Shown one piece after another: positions 34,396-47,935 of a stretch of 64,000 bases of DNA (the first letter of the stretch is position 1; each line of letters begins with the position of its first letter). A program made the position numbers and the translations under genes. The notes under the pieces were generated by a model. It had not been told where the DNA came from, made no database searches, and was given only the letters and a program-made list of their open reading frames with translations. The stretch covers positions 992,001 to 1,056,000 of the forward strand of contig OZ251245.1 of NCBI GenBank assembly GCA_965240325.2. Reading direction: 5' to 3'. Source of the DNA: Rebecca billardiae RCC1528 (Eukaryota; Protista; Haptophyta).

Positions 34396-37300
34396 ATGCG
34401 TTGGTGTACTAGCGTCGTCGTGCTCGTCGCGCTCGCCGCGTGCGCGCGGCGCGCGGCGGCAAGCTTCGCGCCGGCGATACGCCTCGCCGCCGGGCGGCAG
34501 CACACCTGCGTCGCCAACGCTCTCGACCGGCTCAAGTGCTTTGGCGGCAACGCGAAGGGCCAGCTCGGCCTCGGCCACGCGTACGACGTCGGCGGCTCGA
34601 CCTTCCCCGCGCAGCTCGGGAACGCGCTGCCCGAAGTGGACCTCGGCGCGGGTGCGGGCGCGGCCGTCGTGGAGATCTTCTCGATGGACCTGCACACCTG
34701 CGTCCTCACGCGCGCCGGCGCGCTGCGCTGCTTCGGCGCGAACGGCAGCGGCCAGCTCGGGCTCGGAGACCCCCTTGACCGCGGCTACGGCGACGGGCCG
34801 ATGGGCGACGGGCTGCCGCAGGTCGACCTCGGGCTCGCCGGCACGAACGTGACGGCGGTCGCGACGGGCGCCCTCTTCACCTGCGCCAACTTCGTCGCGC
34901 CGGGCGGCGCTGAGGCGCTCCGCTGCTTTGGGCGCGGCGGCGACGGCGCGCTCGGCACCGGCGACACCGAGGACCGCGGCCTCACGCCCGACCAGCTGGG
35001 CGACAAGCTGCCGCCCGTGCAGCTCGGCCCGGGCGCGCAGGTGCTCCAGCTGGTCGCGGGCGGCTCGCACGCGTGCGTGCTCACCGTCAACCAGGCCCTC
35101 CGCTGCTGGGGCGACAACACGTGGGGCCAGCTGGGCGCGGGCGACAACGTGCAGCGCGGCGACCAGCCGGGCGAGATGGGCGAGGCGCTGGCGGACGTCA
35201 GCCTGGGCGACGGGGTGAGCGTGGACGGGATGTGCGCGGGATGGGGGCACACGTGCGTGCGGCTCGAGGGCACCGGGCACCTCAAGTGCTGGGGCTCCGC
35301 CAGCTCCGGCCAGCTCGGCACGGGCGACCGGGCGAACCGAGGCATCACGCTCGCGTCGATGGGCGACGCGCTGCCGACGGTCGACCTCGGCGCGGGCGGC
35401 GAAGCGGTGCAGAGCTTCGGGTGCGGGTACTACCACAACTGCGCGGTGCTCGCCGGCGCCGGGCTCAAGTGCTTCGGCTCTGGCACCGACGGCCGCCTCG
35501 GCACGGGCGACGCGCTCGCGCGCGGGGACGGCCCGGCGGAGATGGGCGACGCGCTGCCGATGGTCGACCTCGGCGAGGGCGCGGTGCCGACCGCCGTCGC
35601 CGCGGGCGAGCGGCACACGTGCGCGCTGCTGCAGAGCGGCCGCGTGCTCTGCTGGGGCTCGGGCTCGTACGGGCAGACCGGCTCGGGCTCGACCGCGCGC
35701 ATCGGCGACCAGGCGGTGGAGATGGGGGATGCGCTGCCGCACGTCCCGCTGTGGGAGCCCGACCCTCCGCCGCCGTCGCCCTCGCCGCCCGCGCCGCCCG
35801 CGCCGCCGCCCGCGCCGCCGCGCGCGCCGCCGCTCGCCGGGCACTCGCGCGCGATCGTCGACATCGGCGTGGGCACGTCGTTCAGCTGCGCGCTCTCCGA
35901 CGCCGGCAGCGCCAAGTGCTGGGGGCGCAACTCGGACGGCCAGCTTGGGCTCGGCCACCTCGCCGACCTGGGCTGGCGCGCCGTGCCGCCTCAGATGGGC
36001 GACCGGCTGCCTGAGGTGCTGCTCGGCGCCGGCGCGGGGCCGGCGCGCGCGCTCGGGATCGGCGACGACCGCGCGTGCTACATCTTCGCCGCCGGCCGCG
36101 TGAAGTGCGTCGGGAGCAACACGGCCGGCATGCTCGGCCTCGGCGACGCCACCGACCGCGGCGCAGACGCCTCCGCGCTCGGCGACGCGCTCCCGCACGT
36201 GCCGCTCGGCCGAGTGAACGGCACCGGCCCGGCGGAGCTGGCGGCGAGCCAGCTCGAGCTGGGCTGGGTGCACAGCTGCGCGCTCTTCGCGCCGGAGGCG
36301 CGGGTGAAGTGCTGGGGCGGCGCGAGCTTCGGCGCGCTCGGGTACGGAGACCTGAGCGCGCGCGGCGACGGCGCGGGCGAGATGGGCGACGCGCTGCCCT
36401 TCGTCCCGCTCGGCGCGGGCGCGCGCGTGCTGCAGCTGTCGGTTGGGCGCACGCACTCGTGCGTGCTGATCGAGGCGCCGCGCGCCGTGCGCTGCTGGGG
36501 GCAGAACTCGTGGGGGCAGCTCGGGTACGAGGACACCACCGACCGCGGCGCCGCGCCGAACGAGCTGGGCGACGCGCTGCCCGACGTCGACCTCGGCGCG
36601 CCCTCTGCCGACGAGATTGTGCAGGTGGCCAGCGGACACTACCACAGCTGCGCGCTGCGCGGCTCGGGCGCGGCGCTCTGCTGGGGCAAGAACAACTACG
36701 GCCAGCTCGGCGTGGGCGACGCGTTCACGCGCGGCGAGACGGCGTACACGATGGGCGAGCGGCTGCGCCCGCTCGCGCTCGGCCGCGCCGAGGCCGCCGC
36801 GACCCTCGCCGCCGGCGACGACATCACGTGCGCCATCCTCGAGGGCGACGGAGGGCTCAAGTGCGTCGGCCAGAACGGCAACGGCAGGCTCGGGCTCGGC
36901 GACTCGACGGCGCGCGGCACGCTGCCCGAGCAGCTGGGGGACCGGCTGCCGCGCGTGCCGCTCGGCGGCGTGCGCGTGGAGAAGGTGGCGCTGCGCTCGA
37001 CCCACGCGTGCGCGCTGCTCAACAACTCGATGGCCAAGTGCTGGGGGTGCGCGCGCCGCGCGCCGCGCCAAGCGCCGCGCGCCGCGCCGCGCGCCGCGCC
37101 GCGCCGCGCCGCTTGCGCGCGGGCGCGCCCCCCGCCCGCCGTGGCTGAACGACGCACCGCGGCTGCCTGCGCCGCGCTGCGCGCCGCAGCTACAACGCGT
37201 ACGGCCAGCTCGGCCTCGGCTCGACGCAGACGACCGGCGACCAAGCGGGCGAGGTGGAGGCGCTGGGCAGGGTCGAACTGTGGCCCGACGCGTCGCCCGC

Positions 37301-40300
37301 GCCGCCGCCGAGCCCGCCCGCGCCGCCGCCCGCGCCCGCGTCACCGCCCGCGCCGCCGCCGACCGCCGGCCACACGACGGAGGCGGTGGTGGTGGGCGCG
37401 GGCGGTGACCACTCCGCGGCCATCAACGCCGTGGGCAAGCTCAAGCTGTGGGGCCGGAACAACCAAGGTCAGCTCGGGCTGGGCCACACCGTGCAGATCG
37501 GCGCGGTGAGCACACCGTGGTCGATGGGCAACGCTCTGCCCGCCGTCAGCCTCGGCGCGGGCCTCCGCGCCACCGCCGTGTCGCTCGGCCGCGACCACAC
37601 GTGCGCGCTGCTGCACACGCAGCGCGCCAAGTGCTGGGGCCTCAACGTCGGCAGCGGGCGGCTGGGGTACGGGGACGCGCTCGCGCGCGGCGTGAGCCCC
37701 GAGACCATGGGCGACGCGCTGCCGTACCTCGAGCTCGGTCTCGACAACTCGAGCACCCCGCTCCTGGTGCTCAGCGTGCACGCGGGCACGAGCGGCGGGT
37801 GCGCGCGGCTCGGCGCCGCGCACGGCGGCATGGCGGAGGCGGCCAAGTGCTGGGGTGGCGGCACGTCTGGCTTCCATGGGCTCGGCGACGCGTCCGACCG
37901 CGGCGACGACGCGGGCGAGATGGGCGACGCGCTGCCGTTCGTCCCGCTCGGCGCGGGCGTGCGCGTGCTGCAGCTGTCGGCGAGTGACGCGCACGTGTGC
38001 GTGCTGCTCGGACCGGCGCGCGCCGTCAAGTGCTGGGGCGCGGCGAGTGCCGGCCAACTCGGCTACGAGGACACGGAGGTGCGTGGGAACAACGCGGGCG
38101 AGATGGGCGACGCGCTGCCTGCCGTCGACCTCGGCGCGGACGCGGCCGGCAACGTCGCGACCATCTCGGCCGGGCGCGAGCACAGCTGCGCCACGCTCTT
38201 TGACGGCCGCGCAAAGTGCTGGTCCGCGCCGCGCCGAGTCGCGCCTCGCCGCGTCGCGCTGCGTGCCGACGCCCGCGGCCAGCGCCGCGCGCGCGCCGAG
38301 GCGCCGAGAGCGCCGCGCCGCGCCGCGCCGCGCCGGAGCGCCGGAGCGCCGGAGCGCCGAGCGTGACCCTCCGCCGCGCGCCGCTCGCTCGCTCGCTGCG
38401 CGCAGGGGCGACAACGCTCACGGCCAGCTGCTGCAGGGGCACAGCACCGACCTGGGGAGCACAGTGTACAGCATGGGCGATGGGCTGCCCTTCCTGCCGC
38501 TCGGCGCCGGCCTCTCGGCAGCCGCCGTCGTCGCGGGCGCCTACCGCACCGCGGCGGTGCTGACGGACGGCAGCCTCAAGACGTTCGGCAACAACGCGTT
38601 CGGAGCGCTCGGCCTCGGCGACACCGCGCACCGCGGAGACGAGCCAGACGAGCTGGGCGACAAGCTGCCGCGCGTGAGGCTGGGCGCGTCCGCGCGCGTC
38701 GCGAGTGTGCACCACGGATTGAACCACATCTGCGCGCGCCTCGAGGGCTCCGGCCACGTCAAGTGCTGGGGCTACCAGGCCAACGGCCAGCTGGGCACGG
38801 GAGCGGTGTTCAACCTGGGCGACGCCGCGAGCGAGATGGGCGAGGGCCTCGTGCGGATCGAGCTGTGGCCCGACGCGTCGCCCGCGCCGCCGCCCGCGCC
38901 GCCCGCGCCGCCGCCAGCGCCGCTCTCGCCGCCTGCGCCGCCGCGCTCGGCGCCCGAGCAGGGCGCCGCGCTGTTGTGCGCGGGCGAGGCGCACACGTGC
39001 GCCGTCTCGGCGGGGACGCGCGAGCTCAAGTGCTGGGGCCGCGCGCTGCGCGGCGCGATCGGCTCAGAGTACCACCTCGATGTGGGCGCGCGCGCGGGCA
39101 TGCTCGGCCACGACCTCACACCCGTGCGGCTGCCGCGGCCGCCCGACGTCACGGCCGCGCGCGTCGCGGCGCTCTCGTGCCACGGCGAGTCGACGTGCGT
39201 CGCGCTGTCTGAGGCGCAGGGCGGCGCGGTGCTGTGCTTCGGGCGCAACGACTGGGGCCAGCTCGGGCAGGGCGACACGCTCGATCGCGGCGCGGCCACC
39301 GACGACCTCGGCGACCGCCTCCCGCCGGTCGCCATCCTGCGGAACGCGACGGCGGTGGCGTCCGGCACGCAGCACACGTGCGCGCTCGCGGCCGGCGGGG
39401 GCGTGCTCTGCTGGGGGCGCGGCGCGTCGGGCGTGCTCGGGCAGGGCGACGTGCTCACGCGCGGGGACCAGCCCAACGAGCTCGGCCTTGCGCTCCCGCT
39501 GCTCGCGCTCGGCGCGGCGGTGCGCGCCGTCGCCGCCGGCTTCGACTTCACCGTCGCGCTGCTGTCCTCCGGCGAGCTGCGCGCGTGGGGCGCCGCGGCT
39601 CAGGGTCAGCTCGGCTATGGCGACACGCTGGCGCGCGGCAGCTTGGCGGGCTCGGTGGCGGCGCTGCCGAACGTCGAGCTGGGCGCCGGCGCGAACGCGA
39701 GCGCGGTGTGCGCGGGCGCGCTCTACGCGTGCGCGCTGCTCACCACTGACGCCTCCGCGGGCGCGGCCGTCGCCAAGTGCTGGGGCCGGGCGGACGACGG
39801 CGCGCTCGGCCAGGGCGACGTGGTCGACCGAGGCGACTTTGTGTACACGATGGGCGACAGGCTGCCCGCGGTGCAGCTGCGCGCGCCGCACGCGCACCCA
39901 GCGAGCGTGGCGTGCGGCCATTCCCACGTGTGCGCCGCGCACGACGACGGCAGCGTGCAGTGCTGGTGCGCGCTCGCGCCGCGCCGCGCCGCGCCGCGAG
40001 CCGACGCGCCGCGATGCTTCGAGGGTGCTGCTCGCGCGCTCACACCGCGCGCGCGCGCGCGGCTGCGCAGGGGGCGCAACACGAACGGGCAGCTCGGCCT
40101 CGCCGACAGCGCGCACCGCGGCGACGCCCCTGGCGAGATGGGCGCGAGCCTGCCGCTGGTGCCGCTGCCCACCGGCTGGGCGGCCGCGTCAGTGGCCGCG
40201 GGCGCGGCACACTCGTGCGCCCTCGAGGCGGAGCGCGGCGAGGTCGTGTGCTGGGGGTCCGGCGAGAACGGGCGGCTCGGCCGCGGCTCGGCGACGGCGC

Positions 40301-43300
40301 ACGGCCTCACGCCGGACTCGATGGGCAACGCGCTCCGCGCCGTCGAGCTCTGGCCCACCCAGCCCCCGCCCTCGCCGCCCGCGCCGCCGCCCGTCGCGCT
40401 CGCGGCCGCGAGCGTGCGCGCGGCCGGCGGCGCACGCCACTCGTGCGCCGTGAGCGACGGCGGCGAGCTCAAGTGCTGGGGCGACGGCGGCGGCGGGAGC
40501 CTGGGCGCGGCCGACCCAGACGACCGCGGCCACCTGCCCGGCACGATGGGCGCCAACCTCCCCGCCGTCGACCTCGGCGGCACGATGGCCGCCTCGGACG
40601 TGAGCGCCGGCAGTTCCTTCTCGTGCGCGCTGCGCGCGGACGGGCGCGTCGTCTGCTTCGGCCTCGGCGGGAACGGGCGGCTGGGCACGGGCGACACGCA
40701 GACGCGCGGGACGATCGCGGGCACGATGGGCGACGCGCTCGTCCCCGTCGCGCTCGGCCCGCCCGCCACCGTGCTGCAGCTCAGCTCGGGCGACACGCAC
40801 ACGTGCGCGCGGCTGCTCGTCGCGGCCACCGGCGCGCGCGCGCTCAAATGCTGGGGCGCCAATTTCGCCGGGCAGCTGGGCACGGGCGACCTGGCGGACC
40901 GGGGCGGCGAGGAGGGCACGATGGGCGACGCGCTGCCAAGCATCGCGCTGGGCAACGCGGGCGACGCGAGCGCGCTCGACGTCTCGTGCGGCGCCGACTC
41001 GAGCTGCGCCGTCGCCGCGCTGCCCGACGGTACCGAGCGCGCGGTGTACTGCTGGGGCGACGGCGCGTTCGGCGCGACCGGTCTGGGCGACACGCTGGAC
41101 CGCGCGAGCGCGAGCGAGGCGGTCGAGCTGGGGAGCGACGCGGACGGCGCGCACGCGAACGCGACGGTGGTCGGCCTCGCGCACGCGTGCGCGCTGCTGC
41201 GCTCCGGCGCCGTCCGCTGCTGGGGACGGTCGGACATGGGGCAGGCCGGTTACGGCGACACGCAGACGCGCGGCGACACCGCCGCCAGCCTCGGCGACGC
41301 GCTGCCCGACGTGCCGCTGCTCGGCGGAGCGCGCGTGGCGCAGCTGGTCGCGGGCAGTCGGTTCACGTGCGCCCTGCTGGCCGAGTCGCGCGCCGTCGTG
41401 TGCTGGGGCGAGGCGCTCCGCGGCGAGCTCGGCACGGGCGACATCGAGACCCGGGGCGACCACCCAAACCACGCGCTGCAGCCGCTGCCCGCGGTCGAGC
41501 TCGGCGGCGCGGGCGGCGTGGCGCACGTGGCGGCGGGCGCGAACCACGTGTGCGCCGCGCTGGACAGCGGCGCGCTCAAGTGCTTCGGCAGCGGCTTCCA
41601 CGGCCGCCTCGGCCTCGGGGACACGGAGGCGCGCGGCGACGAGCCGTCTGAGATGGGCGATGCCCTTCCCCGCACGGAGCTGTGGCCGGCGGGCGCGCCG
41701 CCGACGCCGCCCTCGCCGCCGCCCAGCCCGCCGCCGAGCCCGCTGCCGAGCCCGCCGCCGAGCCCGCCGCCGACGCCGCCCTTGCCGCCGCCGAGCCCGC
41801 CGCCGAGCCCGCCTCCGCCGGCGACGTCGCCACCCCCGCCGCACGCGCCACCGAGCGCGCCGCCGTCGCGCCCGCCGCCGAGCCACCCGCCGCCCAGCGC
41901 GCCGCCAAGCGCGCCGCCGAGCGCGCCGCCGAGCGCGCCGCCGCCGCCGCTGCCAGCGCCGCCGCCCACGCCACCGCCGCCGACACCGCCGCCCTCACCG
42001 CCGCCGCCCGCGCCGCCGCCCGCGCCGCCGCCCGCGCCGCCGCCGCCACCGCGCGCCGAGCCGTTCCCGCCGCCCTCGCCGCCGAGCCCGCCGCCCTCGC
42101 CGCCGCCGCGGCCGCCGCCGTCGCTGCCGCCCGCGCCGCCGCCGAGCGCGCCGCCGAGCACGCCGCCGAGCGCGCCGCCGAGCCCGCCGCCGAGCGCGCC
42201 GCCGAGCGCGCCGCCGAGCGCGCCGCCGAGCCCGCCGCCGAGCGCGCCGCCGAGCGCGCCGCCGAGCACGCCTCCCGCCCCACCGCCACCCAGCCCACCG
42301 CCAGGCCCGCCACCCGCCGCTCCGCCGCCGGCCGCGCCACCGGCGCCTCCGCCGGCGCCCCCGCCGGCCCTGTCGCCCCCGCCGGCCGCGCCGCCGCCGC
42401 GCCCGCCGCCACCTCCGTGGGTGAGCACGGCGTACGCCTCCGCCCTCTCCCCGCTCGGCGTGCCGCTCGGCGACTCGCTCCGCCCCGTGATCGGCGGCGG
42501 CGGCATGGCGGCTCGCGAGGGCGTCGCGCCGCTGTGCCTCTGGGTGCCCGCGGACGGCACGGGCGGCGCAGCCGTGGCCGAGGCGGCTGAGCTGCTCTCA
42601 AACTCGAGCGCACGCTGCACGGTGCCCGAGCTGCCGCGCGGCGGCGAGTACACCCTCCACCTCTCCCTCGACGGCGGGAGCACCGCCGTCGAGTGGCTCT
42701 TCGCGCCGCCCACCATCGTCCTCTACTCGCGCGCCACGGTGCACGTGCTTGGGCTGTTTCCGCACGGCGGCCCGGCGGGCGCGCCGACAGAGATCACGGT
42801 GGTGGGGCGCGGGTTTGCCGAGTTTGGCGACGGGCTGCTGCGCTGCGTGTTTGCGAGCGGCGGCGGCGGGCTCGGCGGCGGGTTCGATGACGGCGGCGGC
42901 GGCTTCGAGGTCGGCGGGCCGACGGAGAGCACGCCGGCGCGGCTCCTCGCATCCGCCGCCGGGCAGGACGAGGGCGGCGGCGGCGGCGCGGGCGGCTCCC
43001 TGCAGATGGCGGCGTGCGCCGTGCCCGCGCTCGCGCTCGAGCTCGATCGCGGCCGCGCACTGCAGAGCGGCAGCGGCGCGGTGAGCGTGCGCGCGGTGCG
43101 CGTCGCGCTCAACGCCGACGAGCCCGCCTCGCAGAGCGCCACCTCGGCCAATTTCGTCACGTACGATTCGGCCGTGATCTCGCTCGCCGAGATTCGGCCC
43201 GCGGCCGGCTCGCCGCTCGGCGGCGAGCTCGTCACGATCGTGGGCTCGGGCTTCGACGCGCTCGTCGACGCCGCCGCGGCGAGCGGCGCGCCGGCGCAGC

Positions 43301-46300
43301 TCAGCCGCGCGCTGCTCGCCGTGCGCTTCGGCTCGGTGCTCGCGCCCTCGCCCGAGTTCGCCAACGACACGCACATCGTCGTGCGCTCGGCGTGGGGCGA
43401 GCCGGGCGCGGTGGCGGTGAGCGTCGCGCTCAACGGCGTCGACTTCACCAACGCGTCCGCCGTGCCGGGCGGCGCGCTGACGTTCAGCTTTGGCGAGGGC
43501 CCGCACGCGCCGCGGCTCGTGGGCGCGCGCTTCAACGCGGCGGCCACCGCGCTGCTGCTGCAGTTCGACGCGCAGCCGACCGACCGCGCGGGCATGACGG
43601 GCGTGCAGCCGTGCGCCCTCGTGCTCGACGACGCCACCGTGGCCACGCTGCGTGGCGCCGCCGCCGCGCCGCCCAACTGCGCGTGGCTCGACGCGAGCAC
43701 GCTCGTCGCGCTGCTCAGCTACACGACGGCCGTCCGGCCCGGCTCGGCCGTCGCGGTGCGTCCCGGCGTGCTCGGCCCGGCGGCCTCGCTGCTCGGCGGC
43801 AGCGGCGTGCCGGCGTGCCCGGGCGGCGCGCTTTGCGCCAACAGCTCGCAGCAGCTGATCAGTCTCGACCCGCAGGCGGTGTGCGCGGGCGGCGCCGGCT
43901 GCCCGCGGCCGAGCGTGAGCCTCTCCGGCCCGGCCACGCTCACCAGCTGCGCGGACGCCTCGCTCGCGCTCGTCGCCGAGCTCACGGCCGGCGGCGGCGC
44001 GGGCCAGCCGACGTTTGAGTGGTCGGTCGACCCCGCGCGCACGGACAACGGCGCCGCGCTGCGCGCCGCGCTGAGCGCGTGGCAGGCGAGCGCCGCCTTC
44101 GACCCGTTCTCGCCGAGCCTCTTGCTCTCGTCTGCCGCCGCGCAGGCCGCGCTCGCCGGCGGCTCGCAGTGGGTCTTCCTCGTGCGCGCGCGCTCGTTCC
44201 TCGGGGTCCTGTCCGGCGTGGCGGAGTGGCGCGTCGTGCGCGCGCCGGACGCGCGGCCGAGCGTGCTGATCGACGGGCCGCGCGTGCGCGCCGCGCGGCC
44301 CGACCGCGAGCTGCTGCTCGCCGCGACGGTGCTCCGGCCGAGCTGCCTCGCGCAGGCGGCGTCGGCGCAGCTGCGCCTCACGTGGGCGGTGGCGCGCGTC
44401 GAGGACGCGTCGAGCGGCGCGGAGGAGACGGACGAGGCGGCGCGGCCTCCGCTCGGCAACGCGAGCGGCGCGGTGCTGCAGCTCGCGCCGTCGGCGCTGC
44501 GCGCGGGCAAGCTCTACTCGTTCGCGCTCACCGCCGAGCTGCAGACGGCCGGCGGCGCCACGGCGAGCGCGACGGAGCTGGCGCTCGTGTCGGTCGGCGT
44601 GCTCCGCCTCTTGCCGCTCATCGGCGGCGGGAACCGCACGCACGCGGCCGCGCGGCCACTCGTGCTGGACGGCCGCGCGAGCTACGACCCGAATCGGCAG
44701 AGCGCGCCGCTGGCGGCCTCCACGCTCGGCGAGCCGTCGGCCGAGTCGGCGGCGCAGGCCGCGGCGGCGTCCGGGCTGAGCTACGCGTGGAGTCTGCGCG
44801 GCGCGACCGCGGCGCTGCTCCCGGGCGAGCCGCTGCCCCCCGGCCTGAAGGGCACGCTGCCGGCGCTCGCGCTGCCGCCGGGCGCGTCGGGCGCGGGCTC
44901 GGCGGTGCTCGGCCTCGCGCCGGGCGCGCTCGAGCCCGGGCACTACGAGTTCACGCTCACGGTGAGCAAGGCGGGCCTCGAGCCCGCGCAGGCGTCCGTG
45001 CGCGTGACGCTGGTCGGAGTGCCCACACCCACCATCATCGTCCAGCCGCTCGGCCGCGCCAAGTTCAACCCGGTGTGGGCGGTGGGCGGCGAGCGGATCG
45101 CGCTGCGCTCGACGCTGGACAACGCGTCGATGGCGGCCGAGGCGGCGGGGCTCGCGCGCTTCGAGCGCTCGTGGCGCGCGCGCGTCGTGCTGGACGGGGA
45201 GGTGGTCGAGCTGGCCTCGCACGAGCTCGCGCTCGCCGATCGGGCGGTCACGAGCACGGGCGCGCGCCAGCCCAACCTCGCGTTCCGCTCGGGCGCGCTC
45301 GGCGCCGGCGTGACGTACTCGTTCGAGCTGACCGTGCTCGGCGGCACCTCGCCCGCGGTGGCGGAGGTGCGGCTGCTCACCACGCGCCCGCCGTTCGGCG
45401 GTGAGCTGGTCGTGCAGCCCTCGCCCGACGGCGAGCCAGGCATCGCGCTCAGCACGCCGTACGCGCTCGAGGCGGTCGGCTGGACGGGCGACGACCCGCC
45501 GCTGAGCTACGAGTTCGACGCGCGGCGCGCGGGCGGCGGCGCGGCCGGGCTCATCTCGCTCGTCGCCGCGCCCACGCGCAGCTCGCGGCTCGGCGAGGTG
45601 GTGCTGCCCGCGGGCGAGCTCGAGCTGGTGCTCACGGTGCTGGACTCGCTCGGCGCGCGCGCGACCACCGCCGTCGCCGTGCGCGTCGTCGAGCCGCCGC
45701 CGCTCACGCAGGCGCAGCTGCTGAGCGCGCTCGAGCTCGCGGCGAGCGCGGCGGGCGACGGCGCGTTCGGCCGCGCAAACAACATCATCACCGCGCTCGC
45801 CGCGCTCACGCTCGACCCGGACGCGCAGGTGGACGCAGCGGCGGAGTCGATCCTGAGCGGCGTCGAGACGGGCGTGCCCGCCAACGCCACCGATACGATC
45901 GTGCGTGAGATGCTGCTCGTCACGGCCGCGGTGGCGGACGGCGCCGCGCCGACGGCGACGCTGCGCCGGCAGACGGCGGGCGCGCTGCGCGCCGTGCTCG
46001 CGCGGCCCGCCGCGCTCGACGGCGCGGCGCAGGCGTCGGGCCTCGAGCAGCTCGCCGCGCTCGTCGCCGGCGCCGCGGCCGGCGGCGTCGACGGCAGCAC
46101 GGCCCTCAGCCTCGTGCGCGCGGTCGACTCGGCGCTGCAGGCGGACGAGCGACGGCTCGATGCGCCGCAGCGCGCGCGCGCGGACGCGTCGGCGCTCTCG
46201 GCGGCGCAGCGGCTCGGCTCGGCGTTCCTCGCGGGCGCCGTGGCGGGCGAGGAGGCGGAGGGCGTGACGGGCAAGCAGCTCAACGTGAGCGCCGAGCGCG

Positions 46301-47260
46301 CGCAGCCGCTCGAGCTGCAGAACTCGACGCGCGCCGCGCCCGACGCGATCGGCGCGCTCGCGTTCCCACCGAGGGGCCTCTTCGCCAAGTACGACCCAAG
46401 TAGCGAGGCCGGGGAGGGCGGCGGCGCGGGCGGCGGGCGGCTCGCGCTGGGCGTGGACGTGCTGCTGCAGACGCTCGGGCGCAACGTGCACGGAGACACG
46501 TCCGCGCAGCCCGCCCTGCCGCCGGACGGCGCAGACGGCGCCGCCGAGCTGTCCGCGCTGCTACCGCCAGGCGCGCGCGTGCCGCCCGGCGCCGCACTCG
46601 GCGAGCTGCTCACCGTCGTGCTGGCTGTCGAGCTGCGCTCGGCGGCGGACGGCGGCGCGCTCGAGGTCGACGGGCTGGACGAGCCGATCGAGCTCGCGAT
46701 CTCGCGCGCGCCGCCGGGCGAGGACGACGAGGCGGCGACGTGCGCGGCCGCGGACGACTGCTCGCGACGCGGCGCGTGCGGCGCCGACGGCGCGTGCGCG
46801 TGCGATGTGCCGTTCGGCGGCGAGGCGTGCGACGCGCTGCCGAGCTGCCAGTTCTGGGACGAGGCCGCGTCGGCCTGGTCGGCGCGCGGCTGCACCACGC
46901 TGCCCGCGCGCGAGGGCGACCCGGCCGGCCTCGTGCGCTGCGCGTGCGACCACCTGACCTCGTTCGCAGGCATCGACATCCCCACCTCCCTCGAGGAGCT
47001 GGACGCTGACGTCTCGAGCTTTGGCGTGAACGAGCTGTCGGGCAGGGACGTGGCGGCGGTCGCGACGCGGGCGGCGTTCGCGGACAACCCGATCCCGTTC
47101 TACGTCGCGCTCGCGCTCGCGGGCGCCAACGTGCTCACCGTCGGCCTGCTCGCGCTGCGAGACCGCGCGGACGCGCGCGGGCGCGCGGCCAAGGTCGCCG
47201 CTGAGAACGCGTCGCCGAGCGCGTCGCCGCGCGCCGCCACCGCCTCCGGCTCGGGCGTGA

Positions 47261-47303
<43 letters not shown>

Positions 47304-47886
47304 GGTGGGCGAGCTCGCCGAGGCGGCGGGCGCCAAGGCGCGCTCGCTGTGGCGCGAGGTCGTGAGCCAGGTGAAGACCGAGCACACCCTCCTAGGCCTC
47401 TGGTTTGGCCAGCCGGATCAACAGAAGCGCGCTGAGCTGTGCCAGGCGTTCTGGTCGCTGCTCGCCCTCGGGCTGTTCATCGAGTGCCTGCTCTTCTCGG
47501 ACGCGCCGGGCGACGTGGCGGGCGGCGGGCTCAACCTGACGCACATGCTCATCACCGCGCTGATCACGACCGCGCTCTCCGCGCCCGCCATCATGCTCCT
47601 CGACCTCACGTTCGCGCTGGGCGCCGGCCGCGCGCCGCCGCCCGTCGCGTATCGACTGTTCGGCCTGCTGCAGGCGGAGCTGGACGCGCAGCTGCTCGGC
47701 CGCGCGGCGGCGGAGGGCGCGAGGCCGCCGGACGAGCCGCGCGCCTCGCCCCCGCCGCCGAGCCCGCCGCCCGGGCCGCGCCCCTCGCCGCCGCCGAGCC
47801 CGCCCGCCGCAGCCGTGGGCGCGTCAGGCAGGGCGGGCGGCCGTGCGGCCGCGGCGAGTACGGCGCCCGCCGGCGCGGCGCGCGAG

Positions 47887-47935
<49 letters not shown>

